Assembly (NCBI GenBank): GCA_905178155.1
Contig: CAJINV010000008.1
Coordinates: 2,232,001-2,296,000, forward strand
Direction of reading: 5' to 3'
Length of the DNA stretch: 64,000 nt
Origin: Amoebophrya sp. A120
Taxonomy: Eukaryota; Protista; Dinoflagellata
Shown: one piece after another, positions 49,321 through 61,400 of the stretch
Layout of the letters: every line of letters starts with the position of its first letter
How positions within the stretch are numbered: position 1 is the stretch's first letter
The notes under the pieces: generated by a model
Database searches by the model: none
Seen by the model: only the letters and a program-made list of their open reading frames with translations
What the model was told of the DNA's origin: nothing
Position numbers and translations under genes: made by a program

Positions 49321-52300
49321 ATGAAAAGCAATAACAAGCCCGCCAAAGATATTTGTGCCACTACGACCGGGAATAAAAATCAAAGCCAAAGCACCGTCGC
49401 CAAAGCAAAGGCAAATCCCAAGGCAGCCAGCGCGACTTCAGCGAAAATGAATAGTACTCCACCATTGAAGACCAAGGATCAACAAGGTTCTGGGAACACT
49501 GCTGCGAGTGCGACCACCTATTCCGCGACGTCGCTGTCCTCGTCCTCCGTGCCGTCCCCAGGCTCCACCACGGCGACTTCTGGAAGCAAACAAGATGTAG
49601 ACACGACCCCATTAGTGTGGAAGGACAAGATCGGCTGGAGCGGCCGAAACAACCAGTCGCACCGGAACGGCATGTATCGACTGCAGCTAATCCGTCTGGT
49701 ACAACTGGAAATTCGCACAGGATTTGCGTCCTGCTTAGTAGTTCCTTGCCCTCAGAAGTCCTTGCCTTTTTTTCTATGCGACCGCATAGATACTCACTTG
49801 CACGGCAGATGCAGAATTAGTACGTAGCATGATCACAAGCTTTTGGATTCTTCTCGGCAAAACGAATTTACTATCCGAAAGTTTTGCGTGGTACAACTAC
49901 AACCCACATGAAACTTGGTTGAAATCCTGTCTCATGCTATAGAGGACCTTTGATGCCGCATGCAAATCTAGTCGCGACCACACAAGTCCAGACCCAGATC
50001 GATATTTGCAACGCATAGCGACTGTGCGGTTGCGCGGGAGGTTTTGCAGGACCTGGCGCCCTACGCGTTACTGGCTTTGAACGAGATGGCGGCGCGCGGC
50101 TTGCGGCACGCGCTGAAGCTGAAACCCGCCGAGTTGCGGCCTGGCGAAAAGGAAGACCCGCGGCCCTGCCCCTGGGAGTACCTGCGGCAAACACTGCGGC
50201 TGCCGCAGAAGTACTTGACGGAGTTGCGAACGCTGTTGAACGTGGAATTGATCGAGCAGCTGCTTTCGTGTCGCGTGCGCCGCGGCGGCCTGCGGGTGTT
50301 CTTCACCGAGGAAGAAATCCGCCGTACGTGGCGCGAGGCGCGGGGGAGCAAGCAGCGGCTGCAGGACTTGCTGTGCGACCGGGACCTGGCACCCAAGATC
50401 AAGGAGTACATGGTCATGTTTCTCAATGGCAACGGCCGGGACCCCGAGCAGCTGCACAACCAGCAGGCGCACGAGCACCTGAAAAAGAATCTGTTTTCCC
50501 TGAACCTCGTGGAGGGCACGCAGGCGAACTACCGTAAAGCGATGATGAACAATCCGAACTTGACGTACCAGTCCACCCCCGGTGGCGGCGCGATTATTTC
50601 CGGGGACTACAGTGGGTGTCTGGATCCGGGTAGTAGAAATAGCAGCACGACCACCACAAGAACTCGGGGAGTGCGAGACGATATCGGAAGCAGTATCCTG
50701 GTGCCGAGCGCGGTGCCGAGACTGGTGGAGCAACGGCTGAAAGAGTGCGACGCGGAACTGGCAGCGGCGAGCAACGACCCTTCCTGTGGTACAGCCACGA
50801 CCCCGCCGGGCGGCCGCGGAGGTGCTGGCACAGCATCTAGAAGAACCACCTACCGGGAAGATGATGAGAAGAACAAGAACACATCATGCGAAGACCACGA
50901 CCGTGACGAGGCAGTAGATCCCTCGACAGCAGGTGGTGGATCACTCGCCGGGACAACTTCTATAACTCGTAGTTCATCCGCGACCACGCACGTTCCGAAC
51001 CTCGGCCCGCAGCAGATTACCGATATGGTGGAGGTCACGCGCAAAGTAGGCCTCAGCCGAGCGTACCAGTCCTGCAAGTCCCGGGGCGCGGACTTCCTGT
51101 TGGACGCGTATATTCAGCAGGTATTCAACTTTCGGAACGTACTTCTTAAGCGGTCCAAGGTACCTTTGATTAACCGTCCCGCACGTTATCTCGACGAGGA
51201 TTACTGGGAACGCGACTCCACTATGCACTGAAAATATAGAAGTTGTTGTGTGATCTGGTGGCTCGAGGAAGGAGTTGGTCGTTCCAACAGCTGGTGGCCC
51301 ATCTATGCAAATCTATCCCGGTGCACAGGGCTAAGCAAGATCGATAACAAGCTCTTCATTTTGTGTCAACTGCAGAAGTAGAAGGGTCGAGGACGTGAAC
51401 TTGTGGTCATACGGGGTAACTAGGCAGGCTTTTGAAAAGCCACACCCTCGTCCCGCCAAAGGGGTCGCATGGCCCATGCCGTGGCTTTCGTTTTTACAAA
51501 AGACGACCCCTTTCTCTTCGTATTTTGAAGGAAATATTTTGATCTCCACCAGTACGGAGGATGACCTCGATTTGGCTATAATAAGTATGCAAAAGCTGCG
51601 TTTTCTAAATATTGTCACGCATAATCTATTGCATTGCCTCTGCTCCAAACGACCCAGATCGACAACGCGATTTTTTATTTTTCGGGTGATATGCAAGTGT
51701 AGGTGCTGCGAGACGGAAGATGTGAAGAACAAAAGATTTCCCACCGACATGCCGGAGGGCTTCACTGAGGGCATGCGAATTTCGCTGCTTGAGTTGCCCC
51801 GGCAGGGCTTCCTGGACCTACTCCGGGTGTTTTTGAAACACACGGAAGAGCCGAGCAGCTTGGTGTCGCAGGTCTTGTGCTACGGGGGAGCCGTCGCGGA
51901 GTACTGTGCTTTGAACCCGAACGCCGAGGGAAAGGCCGCGCGGGCGATCGTGGAGTTTTTTGTCCGGCGGTGCGAAAAGTCCTATCCGCACTACCAAGAT
52001 CTGCTCAAGTGTCGGCGGGAGGTGGGTGTGGAGGTTTTCCAACGAGCGAGGGTCGAGCTGGAAAAGGACTACACCTTGCGGGAAGAAGCGAAATTCATCT
52101 CCTCGCTGTTTTGCAACAAGTACAGACTTTTCACGTAGATTGATATTAAGCATCTATAGGGAGCAGTACTTTTTGTTTTTTCGATCAAAAACGGTGTTGT
52201 TGAAAAAGTTTTGTAGAAATATATTTTGTACGCCAGCACCTGATGTTCAACGGGGCGAGAAGCGCCAGTTGTTGAGTTATTTCTGAAGACAAGTGCAGCG

Positions 52301-55130
52301 CGCCAGCAGGAGGAGGACATTGCGTTGAACACGAAAGGAAATAAACGTTCGATAAACATATGTAAAAATCGAAACCAGGTTGACCGACTACGTGATCTTT
52401 CATCCTCGCGACACCGGGGAAAACCTGGCCGGCGTCTTCCGCAAAGACCCGAACAGATGGCAGCCGAAGCGGCGGCTGAGCAGTGTGCCCGGGGTCTATG
52501 TGCCCTTGGAGAATTGGGGGCTGTTCGACCTAGAGCCGGAGGTCTCACAGCTGTCCTTGACCATGCGGGGCGTCGACACGCAGACGTGGTACCCGCCCAC
52601 GTACGGCGACGGCCCGCCGAAACCGGAAATTCAGTTCGTCGATATTTTGATGAGCCGGAAAATTCAGGAGTTTGCGACGTACAGCAAGCGCTACAGCGAG
52701 ACTTTTCTGAAACGAGACCTCACGCTGCTGATCACCCTGCTCGACACGGCCGGGGGGAAGGTACCTCTACTTCCCGGTGGTGGAGCGGCAAACATTACGA
52801 CTACCGGGGCGAAGAAGATGAACAACCCGAAGACCTCGGTTGCCGCGTCCTTATCCACGACAGGAACTGCCTCCTCGTCTTCATCTGCCGGTGCTGCTGA
52901 CCCTCCTGGGGCCGCGAAGGTCGTCGTGGACCACAATACTATTAAAGAGGCGTACTCAACAACAGCTTCGTGTCCGATATGGCATTCTCAAACGTTACAT
53001 TCTCAACTGTTACATGAATTTGTAATGCAAGACTAGCACAGGTGAGAGGGAGAACCTTGCGCGTCTTGCATTACAGGTTTGGTGCGGATTACAGTGCTAT
53101 TTAGCCCTCCGGGAATTTGTCATGCGAAGCAGCTTGATCGTCTGGCGGGTCATGGTCATTTTGCATGACAAATCATGTAACAGTTGAGAATGTAACGTTT
53201 GAGAGCCCCATATCCGAATTTGACGCACAGCCAGCGCTTTGTCAACCGCGGCCTCGTGGCCCGCACCGAGTATCGTAAGGAAAAATCCCCCCTCCCCATA
53301 TCGAAAGCGTATCCGTCTGAAAATTTGCGATGTGCATTTGCGACCTCAAATCCTGTCTGTGTTGCAGGAAGGCAAGTCCAGAAAGCGTTCCGCATTTTGC
53401 AGGCGGTTTGTCATGCTGTTTGGCTTAGAGCATACACGTTTGTCATGCTAGGCGCCTACGTCAAAACCTCTCGACTGAGGCTTGACATATGCCTGCACTC
53501 CTCTACTGCAAGACAAATCTGATTTGTGTACGCAAATCCAGCATCACAAACTTCGTTTTGATATGGGGTGGGGAGATTTTTCCTTTTGATACCGAGAGCC
53601 CCGGCTTCATGCGCATAACGCGGACCGTAAGGGTCCCGAGCACCATGGACATGCAGGAGTTTCAGGAGAAAATTTTGCAGCCCGCGATGGGGTGGCAGAA
53701 GTCGGAAAGCAACTACGTTTTCTACGACGGCTCGGACGGCGGTGCGATCGGAATCGAGCAGAACAACGAACTATCAAATGCAAAAGTGTCTGGGTCTGGG
53801 AGATTCCGAGATTCGTCATGCTGTTTTTTCAAGCTCCCCCACGTCTGGAATGCAGGGCGCAGCATCACAGGTTCTGCAGCTCGTTGGTGATGCGTATTCT
53901 GCATGAGAAATGCCCGCTCAGAATGGCCAGAAGTGGGCACCTTTTGCACGTTCTGCATCACAGATCACTGTAGGATCCGAAACACGCATCACAAGTTCGG
54001 ATCCTTCCAGGCCCAGACATATTTGCATTTGATACGAACACCACATGGCCGTGCTCGGGTTCCGCTTCATTCTATCAAAAGGAAAAATCCCCCTGCCTCA
54101 TATCAAAGCGAAATTTCTGATGCGGGATTTGGATACACACATCACATTTGTGTTGCAGTAGAGGACTGCACCCAGATCCTAAGCCTAGGCAAAGGCCTTT
54201 TGGTGTAGGCGCCTAGCATGGTAGACGGCTACCATGCAGGCCTCACAGCATTACAAATCGCCTGCGTAATGTGGCGGACAGCCTGAGCGTGCCACCTTGC
54301 AAGAGAAACCCGATTTGTGGTGACAAATCTGCATCACAAATTTTCAGAAGGATGCGCTTTCAATATGGCAAGGGGGGATTTTTCCATGCAATACATTCCA
54401 CCCAAGGAGTGCCTGGTCGGCCAGGTATTCCGCACCATCGAGGATAACGCCACCTACGTCTACGACCTGTCGAACGAGCGCTGGCGGCACCACATTTCCG
54501 TCTTGGAAATCCATGCAGTGGAAGATTCCACCGGGTTCCCCGACCTGCTCGCCGGCACGATGCGGTGCCCCCCGGAGCGGCTCAGCAGTGACAAAACCTT
54601 ATCCTGTGCAAATGCCTCGTACTCGTATAAATGCATTACAAATTTCCTCAGCATGAGAAATAAAATTTGTAATGCTGATCGACCTCAAGAACAAGATTTG
54701 TAATGCATGATTGCAATACGAGTACGATACTTTTGCACAGGATAAACCTCGAAAGACGAGCCGGGCGTGCGGAACGCCTACAACCGGTTCTTGAAAGATA
54801 TGCATTGCAAATATGTCTGGGTCTGGAAGGATGCGAACTTGTAATGCTGGCGCTGCATTCGAACCTGTGAATTCTGTGCTGCATGACCAACAAAAGTGGC
54901 AGCCTCTCATGCCATACAAAAACGCAGTTTCTCATGCAGAGTTCGTATGAGAAGGCGCTCTACGAGCTTGTCATGCTTTCCTGCATACGAAAGTGTCTTT
55001 ATCATGCACATTTTTGCATTACAAATTTCCAGACCCAGACATTTTTGCATTTCATAAAAGATCTAGAAGCGCAATTCGCCAAGGGCTGTTGGGGCTCGTT
55101 TGACAACGATTTTGCCGTGTCCTCGTATCA
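49321..55130 (+). CDS. Large multi-exon protein containing a pRiA4b ORF-3-like domain; may continue into the downstream CDS
   Basis: Spliced RITRTVRVPSTMDMQEFQEKILQPAMGW...YVF...YVYDLSNERWRHHISV...PDLLAGTMRCPPE matches the recalled pRiA4b ORF-3 pattern (RR..VP...Q.AMGW; Y.YD...W.H.I; G...CPPE). Junctions near 52140-52380 and 55130-55430 unresolved. Confidence 0.7.
49675..50017. mobile_element. Introner family A-related, degenerate
   Basis: Right end CCAGACCCAGATCGATATTTGCAACGCATA; TSD decayed; element+5 restores frame. Confidence 0.65.
51222..51544. mobile_element. Degenerate introner
   Basis: TSD TCCAC; frame restored. Confidence 0.6.
52978..53212. mobile_element. Introner family G
   Basis: About 40-bp TIR; TSD TCCGA. 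Confidence 0.9.
53271..53591. mobile_element. Introner family B
   Basis: TSD CCGAG. Confidence 0.9.
53772..54034. mobile_element. Introner family A
   Basis: TSD CGAAC. Confidence 0.9.
54073..54393. mobile_element. Introner family B (reverse)
   Basis: TSD CATTC. Confidence 0.9.
54600..54744. mobile_element. Introner family H (145 bp)
   Basis: TATCCTGTGCAAA...TTTGCACAGGATA; TSD AACCT. Confidence 0.9.
54799..55056. mobile_element. Introner family A
   Basis: TSD AAAGA. Confidence 0.9.
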
Positions 55131-55429
55131 GAGCGAAAACGATGCAATTAACAGTTCTCCAGAAGTAGTTCACGTGGCAAATAATTTCCAAATGCTGTCT
55201 GCGCTGCCGAATAAATAGTAATAGCATGATATGAAAATGAAATTGAACCAATAGGACTACGAGTCTCGTCCGTAAGTCGGAGCGAGTGTACTACGCGCGC
55301 CAAGCACATTTTACAACATGACAAGCCATGGTCTTATTAGGCTGTTTTGCATACACAGATTTTTGGTATTCTGGGCCAAAAAGCTCTGCGGCTAGCGCTA
55401 CGACATCCCCGAGGCCGGTTGTAATATCA

Positions 55430-58400
55430 AATTTGCAACGCAAGTGGTTCCAACTTCTGGGGTACTACTAGAAGCGGGACTTTTCACTATGATGCCTTCT
55501 CGTTCCCGCCCAAGTTGACCCGGTGGCAGAAGCGGCGGCTGGACGAAATCGCGGCTATCACGCCGGTATGAAATGCAAAAATGTCTGGGTCTGGAAGAGT
55601 CGGGACTTGTCATGCACATTTTGCATGACCCGTGAGGTCTGTGATGCTGGTGCTAGCATCACAGATTTTTTGAGAGCTTCTTGATGCTAATTACGCATGA
55701 GAAATTCCCTCTTAGCGTGCCAAGAACTGACTCCTCTTGCTGCTCATGCAACACAGATATTTTTAGAATCCGCAGACAGCATTACAAGTTGCATTCTTCC
55801 AGACCACCCAGACACTTTTACATTTGATAGCCGGGGCAAGTGTTGAATCCGGGGTTGCTGGCGCTTGCCGCAGGCGGCGCCTCCTCTTCATCTACTTCCC
55901 TTGCGTCACCCACGATCAACCCCTTCCGGTTTGACTTGGAATTTCACAAGAATCACATCGACCAACTTTTCGGCCGAGACAAGGCGAAGCTGAAAAAGCA
56001 AGCAGCCCGAGCGCGGAAGAAGCAGGCGGCGAAAGCGAAGAAGATACTAAACGCAAAGAATTTATGGATGTGTCAGGATCGAAATCGACAAAGTCGAAAA
56101 ATTTGTGATGCATAAAATCGATACCAGTTGGAGCCTCAGTTTGTAAGTGGCGCATGACAAATTTCGGGAGCACTCAAATCCAGTCTGTCATGCTGTTTGG
56201 GCAAAGAAGACTGCTCCTGTCATGCTACTCTGGCAGCACATTGCATACCGCCAAACAGGCTTGCAATCGGTCTCATTTGCCTGCTCCCCAATACAGGCCT
56301 CCAGTGCCCTACATTTTATGCATCACAAATTTTTCGATTTTGCCGATTTCGATCCTGACACATCCATAGAATTTGATGCAAGAAAAAGCAGGAGATGGAG
56401 AAGATGAACAAGAAGTAGAGAGGAAAGTAGATGAGCACCAACCTCAAAGTCACGACGAGGATTGGCAACGCGAGAGCACGACCATTGGATTCGCCGAAAG
56501 CGAAACAATAGCTTCGATTGTCGCGAATGCCCGCAAGCCCGAACTTGGCAGCAGCTGCGAAAAGGAGGTCGAAAACAGCACAAGAAATAAAATCGCAGAA
56601 TTAAATAAACCAAAGCAAGTCGGGGTTCTGCAGGAGCCTTCTAAAGATGCAGATGGAATAAATAAAGCCGGGAACAAACGAAATGAAATCAGAAGGCCTG
56701 CAATCTTGCACACCGAGCGGGGAACCGAGATTGACGTGGATGCGCTGACGCCAATATCCCGCGGCAAGATCGAAAAAATCCTCGAGCAGCTAACTCCAGT
56801 GGGGTCGTCGTCGACGGAGGTGGTACAACAGCCCCCGCGGCGAAGCTGCAGTGCATCTGAGGTACTGATGCCGGAGCCTCCTCCTGTCGTGAAGCCAACA
56901 GACTTGCAGCTCCGGGAAGCGGATGAGCGAAAAATTTTGAACACAAAGGAAGACAACACAAAATCCACGACGGCCGCGGAGGACGATGAAGACCACCACC
57001 AGCATCCTTGTGTAGTAGCGAGCCTGATGCAGGAGGAACCCGAGAATGGAAAATCCGAAAACGCCTCAAGGGATTGTTCCGACGATGAGCTGCACGATGG
57101 GGGAACAGTGGCGCAGCAACATCTTGTTCAAGGCAAACGAGCCCGCGCTGCATCCTCGCCTGCGAAATCTAGTGACTTTCTCGTTGCAGACCGTGAAGTT
57201 GTGCCAGAAGTAGGAAGTCTATCGGATTCAGCTGCATCTTCCCCCCGAGGAGGCGCAGCTCAGGATGAACTCGCGCACCTTTCGTCGCTCTTCGATGAAT
57301 GTGAGCACGCAAGTACGATGGGGATGGACGGCGATGGTGCGCAACAAGCAGATCTTCGGACGATCTTCGAAGAAGAGCTTGTGGTCCGACGTTCTTGTCC
57401 TTCGGAAGTAGAACTACAAGTAGACCAGTGCAGCTCGCCTGGAACTACAACAACATCGTCCAACCCCCCGAAGGACGACGAGCACGACCACTTCTACACT
57501 AGCTACCTGGCCCTCGGGAAAGTGAGTCGGTACGACCGGGTTACGGGGCACACACAGGACGTAGAAGAAATTCACGGGTTGCAGGGGCTCTGGAAAACGC
57601 TCTCCTCTTTTCCCGAACGGCAGCTTCTCCAGGTGATTTCCTGGGACGAGTCCAGCGTGAATCTGCTGCGCGACGACCTGATACTCGAAGACGACGCGTG
57701 GGGCACTCGTGATTCTCGTATGCTTTCAGCAGATCATGCGAACAATCCTGTAGTTCTGGAGGAAGAACTTTCAACATCGCGGCTACAAGTGCTGGACGAC
57801 GGCGGGGAGGAACATGATGAAGAACGCGAGCACGACGAAAATGTAGACCATGTCCGCAAGAATCCTGGCAATGTCAAGATACAGCACCAGGCACCTCCTT
57901 TATTTCGGCACACAGCTTTTCGGACGTCTCTCGAGCGTGCCGGCGGAGAAGAAGCTGCCCCAGCAGCCAAATCGAGGGATGGCAAAAAGAACGCCGCGGC
58001 GACGAGCGCTTCTACAGGGGGAGCTGGTGGGGCGGCCCAGCCGCAGGGGGCCGGTCAGAACCGAAACAATGGTCCTCGGGCCCCGCCGTCGACAGGCTCG
58101 GCAACCGCGAGCCAGCCAGAAACAACGGGCTCGGATTCTAGCCAGCTGCAAACCGCAGCGGACAAGAACAGCCCGCCCCCGACGAACAACAGGAGCAACT
58201 TGAGTGACCCGGTGCTGAAGAGGAAGCCTCGGGGTTGGCTCGACGTGGCGTTGCAACAGGTGGACTACTTGTACGACCCCGTCGCTGGTCGCCCCGCTGG
58301 GTTGCCGTTCCTCGAGCACCAGAAAACCTCCCTGCAGCTCCTCCCGCGTTTGTTTGAGTTCCTTTTGAAGATCATGTTCTTCATTTCCGAGGAAATGCCA

Positions 58401-61400
58401 CTCACGCGCGACGTCTTCGAGTTTTGCGTTATCTTGTGGAAAAACGTAGAAGTACCTATCTTCCCTGTCAATGTCATACATGCAAAGGAGCTGCTGGTAG
58501 GTGCATCCCTAACCCTAGACTAGCGCTAGTGCACCCACTTTATTCCGTCAACGGTGATTTCACTTTCGAGGCCTGTGTGTTCGGGAAAATCCGTCAGTCT
58601 CGTTGTCTGAGCCGGATAACACTGCTGGGGACTTCTGTTAGGCACAAGAACTACACAGCACATCCATTGTGGTCATGCGTCGTCAGGCCTAAGAATAAGA
58701 TTCTGATTTCCAGACTTGTCTACTAGCCAAGAATCTGGCATTTTGAAATAGGGACTCTGGGTACGTTTTTACTCCTGACTTCCGTGCATGCGGCCGCGAC
58801 CGACGGGCAGGGGAGATCCATGGGCCCGGTGGGGAACGCAAGATGCGGCTACGCACGCGTCGCGGCACAAACGGACTTCAGCACGCGGATATTTGCAGAA
58901 AACCTTTCATTTTGCGGCTATTTTCAGACCAGGGAGCAGAAGAAAAACTTTCAGTCCCAGTTTATTCTGCTGTGTCGGCAGCTGAAGACCGATTTGAAAG
59001 TGTTCGATTTCGTGCAAGACCGCGCGCCGGAATGCTATCAAACGGTGCTCATCTTCTGGAAAAATCTCAAGAACAGGTGGAACAAAGTACCAAAATGAAA
59101 AGCCGAAGGAAATGATCGTGTAGTTGTCTATCTGTGCACAAATAATGGAACTCAAGCAGAGTAAGTAGTCTACTTGCTGCAGCTCCTCTTCTCAAAGCTT
59201 TATAAAATTCTAGATATGAGTTTATGCAGTGTGCTTTTTCGCCGTTTCAGTTTCACTTTCGCTTCATGGGCGAAGTATCTGCCATTCTAAATAGACCGCG
59301 AATACATCAGTCCTACAACAACACATAGAGGTCGTTTGCATTTCGCCTGACCAATTGTAACTGACATTTCAGTTCTTGAGATCAGTTCAGCCGAGCAGGT
59401 CTTATTTCCATAGCTGCGTGCGGAAGTTTCTGCTGAGGTTTCTCCCGGTGCTGCTGAAAATATGAACTGCAAAAGTATCGTACTCGTATAAATGCATTAC
59501 AAATTTCCATAGCATGAGAAATAAAATTTGTAATGCTGATTCACCTCAAGAAAAAGATTTGTAATGCATGACTGCAATACGAGTACGATACTTTTGCACA
59601 GGATAGGAAAAACCTTCCAGCAACGACGCCTTCACGTACCAGTTGTGCTCCCGATTGCGGTATCAAGTGTAAAAGTGTCTGGGTCTGGAAGATTGCCAGG
59701 TTTGTCATGCACATTTTGCGTGACTCCTGATGTCTGTGATGCATGCCCTAGCGTCACAGATTTTGTGGGGGCTTCCTGATGCCTATAACGCATGACAAAT
59801 CCTCTTCCCATGTGGCAAAACTTGCACTCTCTTTGCTGCTCACGCAATACAGATATTTCAGAATCCAAAACCAGCATGACAAGTTGGAGTCTTCCAGACC
59901 CAGACATTTTTACATTTGATATGCGGTATGAGCTGCTGGGCAACGGGAAAGACGCGCTAGAACGGGAGCTTATCGTGAAAGCAAGTCCCCTCGACGAGGT
60001 AGGGATCGGGCGGGATGTTCCGGACCGCGTCGCAGACCGGTTTGTTGTGCTGCTCGAACTGAATGAAATGGCAAAGGTCTATTGCTTGCAAACCGAAGCT
60101 GAATTATATTTGGCGAAGATAGACAATTACAATGCTTGTTCTACTCAGGAGGCGCAATCTGGAGACGAGAACAGCAGGACCGCGCCGTTGCAAGATGAAA
60201 TGAATAGCAGTGCCTGTGGCCCCCGCGGGGGATCTGGATCTCCTGGACCGCCAGCAGCGTCCGCGAAAAATATTACAATACGCAGTAGTACAACTACTGC
60301 TGCTTGCTGCGACACGGAGTGCACCAGCCTGGTCAACCCGGCGCACCCGGACGGGAAAAACACGGTGTGCGTATCCCGTCTGCTCGCCGAGTTTGCGAGG
60401 AGTGTGGTAGACAAGCAGTGCGAGGAGCGGACGGCGTTTTTCAAGTCGGAAGGAACAAGCAAGTATCGGAAGTACTTTCCCACTTTTCTGGGGGATGCCG
60501 TGCGGATCATGGACCCGTTGCCCGTGCTGGCCATGAAGTTTGCGCCGAAGGGCCTGATAGAAGCTGCGAGCCGAAATAAAAAAGTCGAGGATCATCGCGC
60601 GAACGCGAGAATTATAGCGCACCGTAAGAAAGGAGGATCTTCTGTTGATGTGGAAAGTTCGTGTGCTGGCGGCGAAGCTGGTTCTTGTTATTCTGAGGAC
60701 GATAGAAGCTCAGAAGATGGCTTAGTGGACGAAGATTCTGACGACGAACACGCGCGGCGCGAGTTGGATCGCAATATCAACTTGGACCGACAGCGCCGGT
60801 GGCTGAACGATCGGCTCTACTCGCAGAAATACAGCGTCCGAAATAAAAGCGACGGGAAGGACGGCGAGTCGGATAATTGCGTTACCACGGTGGGCGACTT
60901 GAAAAAGCTTGTTCTGCACACCGTCGGAGCTCCCGAGCGGCTGCAGGCCGGTGCAACCGCAGATCCCCCGGTCTTGAAGAAGAGTCGCAAGGAACATCGA
61001 CCGCTGGGGCCGGAGGAGTCTTTTCTGAAGGGCCTGGACGATTTTGTCGCGTCTTTTCGATACCAGTATCAGCAAAGCATGAAAAAGGCGAGTCAAGAAG
61101 GAGGCGCTACAACTTATCAGGCCGTGGCTCCTGGTGACGTTGTTCGTGAGCAGCAACTACATCAAAGCCATTATACTGGTGCACAACAGTCCACCACCTC
61201 TGACGCTTCAACGAGGAAGCAAGGGGCCTCATCAACTTCTGGTATTCCGCTCGCGTGCAATTTCCAAACGGGTGCGGATTTAAAGAACACGAGCTCTCGT
61301 CCTGATGGTTGTACCTCAATATCCCGCTCGGAACATCTTCAACAGGAAAGCTGCACACAAGGACCAGCAGACAAACCAAGAACGCGTCTAACTTCAGACA

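Noticed and set aside
2124-59921. Recurrent TCTGGGTCTGGAAG / CTTCCAGACCCAGA as CRISPR repeats
   Set aside because: They are inverted pairs about 260 bp apart, dispersed in genes, with no regular spacer array or cas genes.
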